Positions 10,734 through 20,083 of a stretch of 64,000 nucleotides of DNA are shown here, in pieces. Source of the stretch: an uncultured delta proteobacterium (GTDB lineage Bacteria > Desulfobacterota > Syntrophobacteria > Syntrophobacterales > Syntrophobacteraceae); contig CAWEHK010000036.1 of the NCBI GenBank assembly GCA_963808625.1, positions 32,001 through 96,000 of the forward strand, in the 5' to 3' direction. Position numbers and translations under genes: made by a program. The notes beneath the pieces are model-generated. The model did no database searches. It was not told the origin of the DNA and saw only the letters and a list, made by a program, of their open reading frames with translations. Positions within the stretch are counted from its first letter, which is position 1. The number at the start of each line of letters is the position of its first letter.

Positions 10734-11531
10734 GTGGAACCTGCCCAGTGGACTCATGTGCTAAAAGAACGTTTAAGCAAAATTAGAGCTTCTCTTTTGG
10801 ATCTGTTCCTGCCGAGGCGATGTGCCGGATGCCAGAAAACCTGGCTCCACAGTCACCAGGGCTTCTGGTGCGATGGCTGCCGGGAGGCACTGCCCTGGAT
10901 TGAATCTCCGCTCTGCCCAAGGTGCGGGCGCCCCTTCCCCAAAAGCGCGTCATCTCCCGATCATTTGTGCGGCGATTGTCTGCAGTCCGTCTTCTTGTTT
11001 GACCGGGCGCGTTCTGCGACGCAGCATGCGGGGGTGGTTCGCAAGCGGGTCCATCAGTTGAAATTTGGGGGCCAGCTCCATTGGGCGCGGCCTCTTGCCG
11101 AATTGCTGGTACCGCTGTTCCGCCGTGAAACTCTGCCTGCCGTGGACATGGTCTTACCGGTCCCCCTCCATGTGAAACGTCTGCGACAAAGAGGCTTCAA
11201 CCAGGCTGGGTTGCTCGCGAAAGCTCTTGGCCGTCAGCTTGGCCTTCCTGTCCAGTTCGAGGTCCTCGTCCGAAAGTGCTGGACGGAACCGCAGACGCGT
11301 TTGAACCGGGAACAACGCCTGCAGAATGTCAAGGATGCCTTCCAGGTGCCGGTTCCCGGCAAGGTCAAAGGACGTCGCGTGCTCCTCATTGATGATGTCT
11401 TCACCACCGGGACGACCCTCAATGAATGCACCAAGACCCTGCGCGCAGCCGGCGTCCTGGAGGTTCACGCCTTCACCGTGTCCCGGGCACTACCGGACGG
11501 GAAGAGGGAAGATGAAGCGAGGATCGCGTGA
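10734..11531 (+). CDS. comF: ComF family protein (zinc ribbon + PRTase domain)
   Basis: N-terminal CxxC pairs, PVPLH..RLRQRGFNQA and LLIDDVFTTGTT. Confidence 0.92.
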   Translation: MEPAQWTHVLKERLSKIRASLLDLFLPRRCAGCQKTWLHSHQGFWCDGCREALPWIESPLCPRCGRPFPKSASSPDHLCGDCLQSVFLFDRARSATQHAGVVRKRVHQLKFGGQLHWARPLAELLVPLFRRETLPAVDMVLPVPLHVKRLRQRGFNQAGLLAKALGRQLGLPVQFEVLVRKCWTEPQTRLNREQRLQNVKDAFQVPVPGKVKGRRVLLIDDVFTTGTTLNECTKTLRAAGVLEVHAFTVSRALPDGKREDEARIA

Positions 11532-11536
11532 AGCGA

Positions 11537-12360
11537 TCACTTCATAGCGAGCTTCGAAGCGCGGTCAAGAATACCGGACTGCTTCAGCCAGGGGAGGCTC
11601 GAGGCGACGAGGAAGGGGCCATTGACCAAATTGGGTTTGTTGTAGATGAAAGGCTCGCCGTCTGGGGCCACCATGACCCCTCCGGCGGCGATCACAATCG
11701 CCTGACCCGCCGCCGTATCCCATTCCCAGGTGGGACCCAACCGAGGATACAGATCCGCTTCGCCGGCGGCGACGGCACAGAATTTTAAGGAGCTGCCCCG
11801 GGAAACGGATTCATGGGCTGGAAGGACCTCCAGAAGCGCCTCCAGGTCGGGGGACGGATGGGACCGGCTTTTCAGTACTCGTAATGCACCTGCCGGCTGA
11901 ACCGTTTTGACCTGGAGCCTGCGTCTCCCGGTTTCCGTGATTTCCCAACAACCGTGGCAAGTGTCGGCAAGATAGAGCCGCTCGCGGACGGGAAGATAAA
12001 TGACGCCCATCGTCGGCGTGCTTCCTTCGATTAAGGCTATGTTGACGGTGAATTCGCCATTCCTTTTGACAAACTCCTTGGTACCGTCCAGGGGATCCAC
12101 CAGCCAGAATCGATCCCAGGATTTCCGGGCGGCATAGGCAACTTCCTTACCCTCCTCGGAAAGCACCGGGATTTCCGGATACTCCGACTGCAATCCCGCG
12201 ACAATGACCTGGTGGGACCGCCGGTCTGCCAGGGTAAGAGGGGAAAAATCTTCCTTCCGCTCCACCTCGAAATCCGTCTCGTAAACCTCCAATATAGCCT
12301 TCCCGGCCTTTCTGGCCAGATCACCCAAAACCTCAAATCGATCACTTCCTTTGCCATCAT
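11537..12360 (-). CDS. cysQ: 3'(2'),5'-bisphosphate nucleotidase (probable frameshift near the start)
   Basis: SPLTLAD, LSEE, WLVDPLDGTKEF, GSSLKFC..A.GEADLYPR and WEWDTAAG. Confidence 0.93.
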
Positions 12361-12370
12361 CAAGAACTCC

Positions 12371-12464
12371 CCCTCAACCATCCCCCATCAACCCTCAACC
12401 CTCAACTATCAACCCTCAACCATCCCCCATCAACCCTCAACCATCAACCATCAACCATCAACCC
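12371..12464. repeat. Heptamer tandem array CC(A/C)TCAA, about 13 units
   Basis: Read directly; fills the gap between cysQ and the methyltransferase gene. Confidence 0.9.
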
Positions 12465-12465
12465 C

Positions 12466-13407
12466 CTAACGCACAGCCTTAATAAAACCGCTCCGAATCA
12501 ACTCGAAATGGCGGCGATGATTGCGGATTTTCCACCAGACTTCACCACGCCTCTCTATCGTCCATGCAAGACCTGGTTCGCCGGCCTCGCCTTCCAGAAT
12601 AGCCTGCACCTTGTCGAGCCCGAACCCGGCGTAGGCCCCGTAATCCTTTCCCCCCAACCAGTCTTCCTCTTCGGCACAGGCCGTTGACCAGGAAAAGGGG
12701 TCGGAAAAAAGGAGTTGGGTACCGGTGGTTAGCGCTGCCCGGCTGATTTCTTTCAGATGTAATAGCGGTTTTAACAGTTTGTCCACGAGATTGAGCGACG
12801 CCACACAGGAAAAGCGATGGCTTCGGAAAGGAAGGGCCTGGGCATCAGCGACGACAAAGTCGACCTTACTCCGATCCCAGGTTTTGGGAAGCTCGATTGA
12901 GCGGCTCTCGAAAAGGCGGCCTTCCTGCTTCAGGTCAAAATCCAAACGGCCTTCGAAAAGCAGCTTCCGGGCCAGGGCAATAAACCGCCGCGAGGAATCA
13001 AGCCCAATGGCAAAATCGCATTTTCGACTCAGCTCGAAGGCAAAGCGACCCACGGCACAACCGGTATCCAGGGCAAAACCCGCTCCTGCGTCGATCTGTG
13101 CGGCCCACTCGGGGTAGGCTCCGGTGACTTCCGGATCATCAAAAAGATCGGCGTAGTGGCTCCAGAGATACGATGAAATCACCTCGGGCCCTTCATATTT
13201 TGACTTCGTTTCCGGTGTCGGTTGTTGCGGCTGCGCATGAAGGTCGGCGATTCCTCCGGCGATCGCATAGTGTTTGCGGCATTGCGGGCATTTCAAGATC
13301 CCCCTGAGGATATCAATCCCTTCGCTTTCATGCGCATCCAAAACCAGTCCCATTTCCTCCGGGAGACACGAGGGACAGATGAGGAGATCGACAATATGAC
13401 GGTTCAT
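12466..13407 (-). CDS. Class I SAM-dependent methyltransferase with an N-terminal Trm112-like zinc ribbon
   Basis: LLICPSC..GILKCPQC..YAI, ALDTGCAVGR and VADAQALPF. Confidence 0.85.
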   Translation of the reverse strand: MNRHIVDLLICPSCLPEEMGLVLDAHESEGIDILRGILKCPQCRKHYAIAGGIADLHAQPQQPTPETKSKYEGPEVISSYLWSHYADLFDDPEVTGAYPEWAAQIDAGAGFALDTGCAVGRFAFELSRKCDFAIGLDSSRRFIALARKLLFEGRLDFDLKQEGRLFESRSIELPKTWDRSKVDFVVADAQALPFRSHRFSCVASLNLVDKLLKPLLHLKEISRAALTTGTQLLFSDPFSWSTACAEEEDWLGGKDYGAYAGFGLDKVQAILEGEAGEPGLAWTIERRGEVWWKIRNHRRHFELIRSGFIKAVR

Positions 13408-13414
13408 CAGAAGG

Positions 13415-14533
13415 TCATTCCTCCGCGCCCGAATTGTCTGCGGAAGCACGGATCCCCAACGGTTCGATCAGGCGAGACATGATCTCTGCTTTCGCCCATG
13501 CGACGGGATGATCGCGCCCGGCTTCGTGGATCGCCGCCAATTGCACGGCAGAAGCCCGCGCCTTGGCATGCCCATGTGACCGGGCCGCCTCGATGACCGA
13601 CCAGTCGCCGCTCGGTCTGAACGCGCGAAAGGCCTCGGCCATTTCCGGGAACACCGCCTGGGTGAAGGGCCTCATGAAAGAAACATAAAATCCCAGAGAG
13701 GATCGGATACGATGGCAAATGATGTGTCCCAGCAAACCCTCGGAATGCGTGTCCGCAAGGAGATCTTTGGTGACCCTCGCAAAGATTTCTATCGGACTAT
13801 TGCAGTAGGTTGAAACGATCTCATGCCACACTTGCCCGTCAAAGGCGTCCTCATGGACCTCCCCGACCTCGTGGTAAATCCACGTCTCGATCTCCTGCCC
13901 GGCCACGCGATGCAGTTCGGGTCCCAGCTCCGCCGGGCAGCGGCGCATGGCTTGAGCGTCAAGGCCATACTGATCCAGGGCATAGCTGAGGGCGTCCCTC
14001 GCTGAGGGGCGCATCTCCTGGACCTGGTCCCACAGGAAGAAAAGCATCGCCGACTGCCGCGCAAAAATCTGATTGCCTTGGCGCATGGCGGGCGTCATGT
14101 AAATATCTCTTGCCAGTTCGCGATCTACGATATCGACCAGCAGCGCTCCCCGGGTTCGCGATGCGGAAACTTCCCCGAGGAAGAATGACGGCTTCATCCC
14201 CAAGACGTAACCCGCGCCATAAACCAGCCCCAATGGTCTCAGCCTGCGGTTGATGGCGGCCATGTCGAAGGGTCCAAAACGCTCGCTGCCCAATGCGAGC
14301 GGCTCAAGGTCGTTGGCGCGGATTGCCTCCCAGCGTTGCTCGCGGTCGTCCACCCACTCCAGGAGGTCCCCCGGTTCCGGTTCTTGCCAGGGATGGAGAC
14401 CCTGTTCCCACTTAAAGAGGTCTCGCATGCGAAGCAGCAGGCCGCACAGGGAGTACAAACCGGCATAGTTGGCGTCAGAGACGTCGCAATTTGCCTGAAC
14501 CTGTTCCCGCAGTCGGAGAATGTCGATACCCAC
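13415..14533 (-). CDS. Conserved hypothetical protein resembling the Sfum_1244 family
   Basis: GTG start with AAGGAG RBS. QVQANCDVSDA..YSLCGLLLRMRDLFKWE resembles that family from memory; not searched. Confidence 0.65.
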   Translation of the reverse strand: MGIDILRLREQVQANCDVSDANYAGLYSLCGLLLRMRDLFKWEQGLHPWQEPEPGDLLEWVDDREQRWEAIRANDLEPLALGSERFGPFDMAAINRRLRPLGLVYGAGYVLGMKPSFFLGEVSASRTRGALLVDIVDRELARDIYMTPAMRQGNQIFARQSAMLFFLWDQVQEMRPSARDALSYALDQYGLDAQAMRRCPAELGPELHRVAGQEIETWIYHEVGEVHEDAFDGQVWHEIVSTYCNSPIEIFARVTKDLLADTHSEGLLGHIICHRIRSSLGFYVSFMRPFTQAVFPEMAEAFRAFRPSGDWSVIEAARSHGHAKARASAVQLAAIHEAGRDHPVAWAKAEIMSRLIEPLGIRASADNSGAEE

Positions 14534-14923
14534 AGAGTGCTCCTTGGCAGAGACTTCCTGTGTAAAGGCTCGCACAGTCAAATGGCCCTCATCCGGACGC
14601 GTCATTCCGGTGAAGACCGGAATCCAGATAAATTACCTGGAAACCGGCTTACGCCGGTATGACGCTCTGACCTCGGACAGTCATTTGTGCCGGGCTGTGC
14701 TAAGACGTCCAGACTGGAGATCGATGCAGAAGGATTATATCATTCTTGAAGAATGTGTTGCTGAGGATTCGTTTAGTTCGTTGACAATCAGAGGAAAATA
14801 TCGTTTATATACCCTTCAATTTGATTGGGGCGACCGCTTCCGCAGTGATCGCGCCGCGGTGGTTCGACTCAGAAGCTGATCTCGGATTGCCTGGCTTCAA
14901 TATCGCATTGGATGGAGGACATT

Positions 14924-15259
14924 ATGGATTGGGTGGGAATTGCTTATGCTATGGGGACTGCAGGCGAGGGCGGCGGCTCGGCCGGCAATCAGTTTGCTGC
15001 CTTTGTGCCGCTGATATTGATGGTGGGCATCTTCTACTTTCTCTTGATCCGGCCCCAACAGAAGAAACAGAAGGAACATCGAACGATGCTTTCCAACCTG
15101 CAGAGAGGGGATGTGGTGATCACGCAGGGGGGATTGCACGGGAAGATTACGGGTATCACCGAATCCGTGGTGACCCTGGAGATTGCCGAGAAGGTTCGGG
15201 TGAAGATAGGGCGCGGCTATATCGCCGCTTTGGTTTCAAAGGGTGAGGTCACGGAATAA
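14924..15259 (+). CDS. yajC: Preprotein translocase subunit YajC
   Basis: IFYFLLIRPQQKKQKEH..L.RGD.VIT.GGLHGKI, with a GGAGG RBS. Confidence 0.96.
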   Translation: MDWVGIAYAMGTAGEGGGSAGNQFAAFVPLILMVGIFYFLLIRPQQKKQKEHRTMLSNLQRGDVVITQGGLHGKITGITESVVTLEIAEKVRVKIGRGYIAALVSKGEVTE

Positions 15260-15395
15260 TCGCCTTGATCCCTCACCGGTCTGGATGGGATTTCCATCGT
15301 GCCGGACCTGGCGTTCTTGCGATACGAAGGATTTCTCTTTGTCCGAATGATCTGCCTCTCGGACAAGGATCTCCGAAACCTTAGGAGGATTTAAC

Positions 15396-16994
15396 TTGAA
15401 AGATTTGAAATGGCGCGGAATTTTGGTGGTGGTGATCTTCCTTGTGGGAATGGTCTACCTGACGCCTACGCTGAGTCCGTCTTTGCCTCCCTGGTGGCAA
15501 AACTTTTTGCCGAAGGAAAAAATCCACCTTGGTCTCGATCTTCAGGGAGGCATGCACCTCGTCCTCGAAGTGGAGGTGGACAAAGCCGTGGAAAACACCG
15601 CTGAGCGTCTTGCCGACGACCTCAAGGAAACCCTGCGCGCGGAACGGGTGCCATTTCTCAAGGTCGAGAAAGCCAAAGGATGGAACATTGACGTTCAGCT
15701 TGCCGGTCCTGAGGCTCAGGCCGAGCTGGCGAAAGTCGTTGAGAAAAATTTTCCGGTCCTGAAAATTGCCGGCGCCGAAACCATTCCAGATGGTGTTGCC
15801 GTGATGCTCACTTTTCAGGATGCGGAAGTTCAGCGTCTTCGCACATTGGCGGAAAACCAGGCCCTTGAAACCATTCGCAACCGCATCGATCAATTTGGTG
15901 TCAGCGAACCCGACATCCGCCAGGAGAGTGGCAATCGCATTCTGATTCAGCTCCCGGGTATTCAGGACCCGCAGCGGGCCATTGCCTTGATCGGCAAGAC
16001 GGCGCTCCTCGAGTTCAAGTTGGTGGCTGAAGATGTTAGCCCCCAGACTGCGAAAGAAGGGAAACTGCCTCCCGGCGTAAAGCTCTATCCGATGCACCAG
16101 GCCACTTCGGGGAAAACGCGGACGGGAGACAACCAGATCGCCCTCCAGGATCGGACCCTGCTTACCGGGGCGACCATCACCAATGCTGAGGTTCGCCTCG
16201 ATACGCAGTACAATACGCCCTATGTGGCAATGGATTTTGACGCGCAGGGAGCCAAGGTCTTTGAGCGGATAACCGGTGAAAACGTCAAAAAGCGTCTGGC
16301 CATTGTCTTGGATGGCGTCGTCTTTTCCGCCCCCGTCATTCAGGACAAGATTGGCGGTGGTAAAGCTACGATCACCGGCAACTTCACCGATCAGGAAGCC
16401 AAGGACCTGGCCGTCGTCCTGCGCGCCGGAGCCCTGCCGGCCCCGGTGAAGATCCTGGAACAACGGACCGTGGGGCCATCGCTCGGTAGGGAGTCCATTC
16501 AAAAGGGCATGCTCGCTTCCTTGGTGGGGGGCATTGCAATAATCATTTTCATGATTGTTTACTACCGATTTTCCGGGTTGATTGCCGACGTTGCCCTGAT
16601 TTTGAACATCATCCTGCTCCTGGCGGGGCTAGCCGCCTTCGGAGCAACCCTCACCCTGCCCGGCATCGCCGGTATCGCCCTGACCACCGCCATTGCAGTA
16701 GACGCGAATGTGCTTATCTATGAACGAATACGGGAAGAGCTGCGCCTCGGGAAGACCCCGAGGGCGGCGGTCGAGGCCGGCTACAGCAGGGCCACCATTA
16801 CGATTTTGGACTCAAACACGACAAGCCTGATCGCGGCGGCCGTGCTCTTTCAGTTCGGAACGGGACCGGTGAAGGGCTTTGCGGTCACCCTCGTGATCGG
16901 ACTCATTGCCAATCTATTCACAGCCATTGTGGTAACACGGGTGATCTTTGACTATCTCCTGGTACAGCGGCGCGTTCGCGAGTTGAGTATTTGA
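15396..16994 (+). CDS. secD: Protein translocase subunit SecD
   Basis: LGLDLQGG, IRNRIDQFGVSEP, VGPSLG and VDANVLIYERIREE. Confidence 0.97.
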   Translation: MKDLKWRGILVVVIFLVGMVYLTPTLSPSLPPWWQNFLPKEKIHLGLDLQGGMHLVLEVEVDKAVENTAERLADDLKETLRAERVPFLKVEKAKGWNIDVQLAGPEAQAELAKVVEKNFPVLKIAGAETIPDGVAVMLTFQDAEVQRLRTLAENQALETIRNRIDQFGVSEPDIRQESGNRILIQLPGIQDPQRAIALIGKTALLEFKLVAEDVSPQTAKEGKLPPGVKLYPMHQATSGKTRTGDNQIALQDRTLLTGATITNAEVRLDTQYNTPYVAMDFDAQGAKVFERITGENVKKRLAIVLDGVVFSAPVIQDKIGGGKATITGNFTDQEAKDLAVVLRAGALPAPVKILEQRTVGPSLGRESIQKGMLASLVGGIAIIIFMIVYYRFSGLIADVALILNIILLLAGLAAFGATLTLPGIAGIALTTAIAVDANVLIYERIREELRLGKTPRAAVEAGYSRATITILDSNTTSLIAAAVLFQFGTGPVKGFAVTLVIGLIANLFTAIVVTRVIFDYLLVQRRVRELSI

Positions 16995-17170
16995 TCAGGA
17001 TAGAGTGCTAGTGACTGGTAGCTTGTGGGTTGTGTAGTGATTGGTGGGTGGTTGGTAGCGGTAAGGGTGCGAGATAGAAACGAGCCAAGAGCCAACAGCA
17101 AAGAGCCAAGAGCCAAGACAAGAGCCAACACCCAAAAGCTAACTTAACGGAAGCGTGAAGGATAATCGGT

Positions 17171-18235
17171 ATGGAATTGATCAGGCCTGATGTCAATATC
17201 AACTTTGTTGGGTTTCGTTATAAGGCCTTCCTTATTTCCGGCATCATCATTCTCCTTGGGGTGGTTGCGATGATCTTGAGGGGTGGGCTGAACATGGGGG
17301 TCGATTTTGCCGGCGGAACGTTGATCCAAATTAAGTTCAACAAACCCACCACTCCTGATGATATCAGGGCTGCACTGCAGGATATTGTCAGCCAGAGCAC
17401 GATCCAGCAGGTGGGTTCTGCTGATGCGAACGAGTACCTGATCCGCACCGAATTGATAACCACTGAGATGGAAAGCCTTTTGGGACGGGTCCAGGAGCAG
17501 GTGGCGAAGGTTTATGGGGAAGGTCAGGCTACGGTGCGGCGCGTGGAAATGGTCGGCCCCAAGGTCGGTGCCGATCTCCGCCAAAAAGCACTGAAAGCGA
17601 TTTACTACGCCTTGCTCTTCATTGCCATCTATATTTCCGGGCGTTTCGAATTCAAGTGGGCGATGGGCGGAATAATGGGCGGACTCATGCTGGTGGGGGT
17701 CTATCTGCTCGAAGCGATGGGTGTGAATGTCGTTTATCTGATTTATGCCGCCTTGATCACGATGCTTCTGCTCTGCTGGTTCATGAAACTGCCCTATGCC
17801 CTCGGGGCGGTGCTTTCCCTGATGCACGATATCCTGATTACCCTGGGCTTCTTTGCTCTGACGAACAAAGAATTCACCCTGGAAGTCTTTGCTGCCTGTT
17901 TGACCCTTGCGGGTTTCTCCCTGAACGACACGATCGTGGTCTTCGACCGCATCCGGGAGAATCGGAACAAAGACCGCAAACAGCCCTTTCCTGAGATGAT
18001 CAACGGTGCCATCAATCAAACCCTCGGCCGTACCATCCTGACCAACGGCTCCGTCCTGTTTGTGTTGGCTTGCCTCTTCTTCTTTGGCGGAACGGTCATC
18101 CACGATTTCAGTTTTGCCCTGTTGATCGGAATGGTTGCCGGAACGTATTCATCCATCTTTGTGGCCAGTCCGATCCTCATTATCTATGAGGACTTGACCA
18201 AAAAGAAGCGCGTGCTGAAAAGGGCAACCGCGTAG
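17171..18235 (+). CDS. secF: Protein translocase subunit SecF
   Basis: GVDFAGG, VGPKVG and SLNDTIVVFDRIREN. Confidence 0.97.
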   Translation: MELIRPDVNINFVGFRYKAFLISGIIILLGVVAMILRGGLNMGVDFAGGTLIQIKFNKPTTPDDIRAALQDIVSQSTIQQVGSADANEYLIRTELITTEMESLLGRVQEQVAKVYGEGQATVRRVEMVGPKVGADLRQKALKAIYYALLFIAIYISGRFEFKWAMGGIMGGLMLVGVYLLEAMGVNVVYLIYAALITMLLLCWFMKLPYALGAVLSLMHDILITLGFFALTNKEFTLEVFAACLTLAGFSLNDTIVVFDRIRENRNKDRKQPFPEMINGAINQTLGRTILTNGSVLFVLACLFFFGGTVIHDFSFALLIGMVAGTYSSIFVASPILIIYEDLTKKKRVLKRATA

Positions 18236-18811
18236 TTAACCAGAGGTGAAGTTCAAAACCCTCGTCCCTGAGGGCATGATGGTGTTGCCTCAAGAGTCCA
18301 TTCTTGCGGGTAACAGACCGCCGGTCTTGGGTTCTTCTCCTTCGATCCTGGAGACACCGTCACCGCCGCCTTTCTTGCACCGTTTCAATGCTGCCACGGT
18401 GCTTTGATGAGGGTCCAAGCCATGTGGGGCAGGCTTTCCAGCCTGCCTTTCGGCCGGTTCGGCATGGCGTGGAGTCTCACCGGCGCCGACAGTTGCCGAA
18501 CGATGGCAAGCTCATCAGAGCGTTGCGGCATTCGTTGCACTTGAAGCGAGGGGAATCTTGTGCCGCCCCAGTGCCTTGGGTGATACGGCTCTCCCATTCT
18601 CCTCTTATGCCATTGTGAATCACACCCTGCGACATCTCAGCATATCCATTCCATTCCCGTACTGCTACTCCCCATGAGTAGAGGGCATGATGTTGGCAAG
18701 TTATGCTTTGGGTGCTGTTGTCCACTCATGATTTGTCTTGTCGCTCTGACGGGACATCGCACAACTCTTTCCGACGATCATAAGAAATGTGTCGGATGAG
18801 ATATCTTCTGA

Positions 18812-18840
18812 TTGACGCCAATCTGGCACAATCGTATTCT
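18812..18840 (+). promoter_or_regulatory. Putative sigma70 promoter facing the cassette array (Pc-like)
   Basis: TTGACG-17 nt-TATTCT. Confidence 0.5.
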
Positions 18841-18884
18841 GCTATCGGTTCCGGATTAAGGTTGGAAGATTATTATGCCGATCC

Positions 18885-18981
18885 GCAAAAGACACCGCGA
18901 TAAGCCGCGAGGCAGAGTGCAACCAGCTAAAAACAAAGGGCTTAGCGCGCTATTGGCTACCGGTTCGATGGTATGTTATGC
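18885..18981 (+). other. Degenerate attC-like site 1
   Basis: CCGCAAAAG (about CCGCATAAC) pairs with GTTATGCGG. The R' box GTTATGC is at 18975-18981. Inner pairing is weak. Confidence 0.4.
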
Positions 18982-19035
18982 GGGCAGAAATGCGAAAATT
19001 CGCATCTTATGAGGATCAGCCTAATCTCTCTTTAT

Positions 19036-19100
19036 ACTTAACGAGCGGCCAGAAAGGGGCCCCGCAAAAATTGCGGCACCCTTCAGCCGTATCGTGAGAG
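19036..19100 (+). other. attC-like site 2
   Basis: R'' ACTTAAC; stem CGGCCAGAAAGGG/CCCTTCAGCCG; inner CCGCAA/TTGCGG. GTGAGAGCTTCC matches the reverse complement of the next cassette end (GGAAGCCCTAAC) at 10/12. Confidence 0.6.
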
Positions 19101-19119
19101 CTTCCCAAAGGCTAGCTCC

Positions 19120-19611
19120 ATGGCTTTGCAGCATCCCGTTCCCAATGACCACCTCCAGCACATTGGCGATATCACGGTTTCCTTTGCAGCACTTGAAAGC
19201 GTGCTGCAAGGATTTGCCCAGTCTTTGCTTGGTGCTAGTGGGCGTTTAGGGCAGATCGTCACAGCCGAACTTTCGTTTAAGAGGCTTCGGGCGTTAACTG
19301 CGAGCTTGTACCTTGAACGACAGGGTGAAGACGAGGACTACGATGCGTTTCGCGAACTCCTCAGGAGGGCAGCCGACGTCGAACAGGTGAGAAATCAGAT
19401 TACGCATTCTACCTGGGCCGTCGGAGACGATTCGACAAGCATTACTCGCATCAAGACCACTGCGAAGGAGAGACACGGAATCCGCTTTCAGTTTGAAAAC
19501 GTTACGAGTGATCAACTCGCGGAGTTTGCGCTTAGCATCAGGGTCCTTGCTGAAGATATTTTGCGGTTCTTGATTTCGCTCCTTGGACCTGGAAAGGCAA
19601 GTAATGGTTAG
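19120..19611 (+). CDS. Hypothetical cassette protein (helical, with an RNxxxH motif resembling HEPN-like proteins)
   Basis: 163-aa ORF bounded by attC-like sites. It contains RNQITHS. Confidence 0.6.
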   Translation: MALQHPVPNDHLQHIGDITVSFAALESVLQGFAQSLLGASGRLGQIVTAELSFKRLRALTASLYLERQGEDEDYDAFRELLRRAADVEQVRNQITHSTWAVGDDSTSITRIKTTAKERHGIRFQFENVTSDQLAEFALSIRVLAEDILRFLISLLGPGKASNG

Positions 19612-19622
19612 CGTATTGGAAG

Positions 19623-20051
19623 CCCTAACCCTTCCAACGAACGGTCAGCCCACGACAAACAGTGGTATGCCGCTCATGTTACACATGTGTGCCGGGCATG
19701 GCACAGAACTAGCGAGGTGGAAGTCCTCGTGCCAGGTTTACGCTGAGCCGAAGGCTAGGAGAAGGGCAAGGGCGTCATCGAGAACTGGAGTCTGAAGGAA
19801 GTCCAATCCAACAGCACGCGGCGACTAACAGAACCCGAATATGAGGTGTGGTACGTTCGGGACCGCCGGGCACGTGACTGCGAAGTCCTGCCTTGGCGAT
19901 TGCCCTGCCCGGCAAGTGTTTTGTGTCTATAGGTCTACCGCAACTGTTTGAGAAACCGACTTCATCTGCTGAACCCCCTTGGTACGTGATCTGTATGCCG
20001 GGTGGTGTGGGAGGAGGGAAGACGTGAGGCGGCTCCCTATCCCGATTAGGC
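19623..20051 (+). other. attC site 3, split by a group IIC intron remnant
   Basis: CCCTAAC CCTTCCAACGAACGG..CCGCTCATGTTACAC AT|TAGGC once the intron is removed. Confidence 0.7.
19687..20046 (+). mobile_element. Internally deleted group IIC intron (5' part of DI, RT C-terminal stub, DV, DVI)
   Basis: 5' end GTGTGCCGGGCATGGC..GAGGTGGAAGTCCTC; RT stub SPALAIALPGKCFVSIGLPQL; DV-like GAACCCCCTTGGTACGTGATCTGTATGCCGGGTGGTGT; 3' end CCCTATCCCGAT. Confidence 0.8.
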
Positions 20052-20083
20052 TGGAACCAATCGACAAAGAAGGAGGAAGCATC

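Noticed and set aside
12371..12464. Heptamer or nonamer arrays as CRISPR
   Set aside because: No 23-47 bp repeats with unique spacers and no cas genes.
18477..18725. Possible decayed small HNH nuclease gene (GEWE..DS..C..CRN..PSFG)
   Set aside because: The similarity is too weak and fragmented to support without a profile search.
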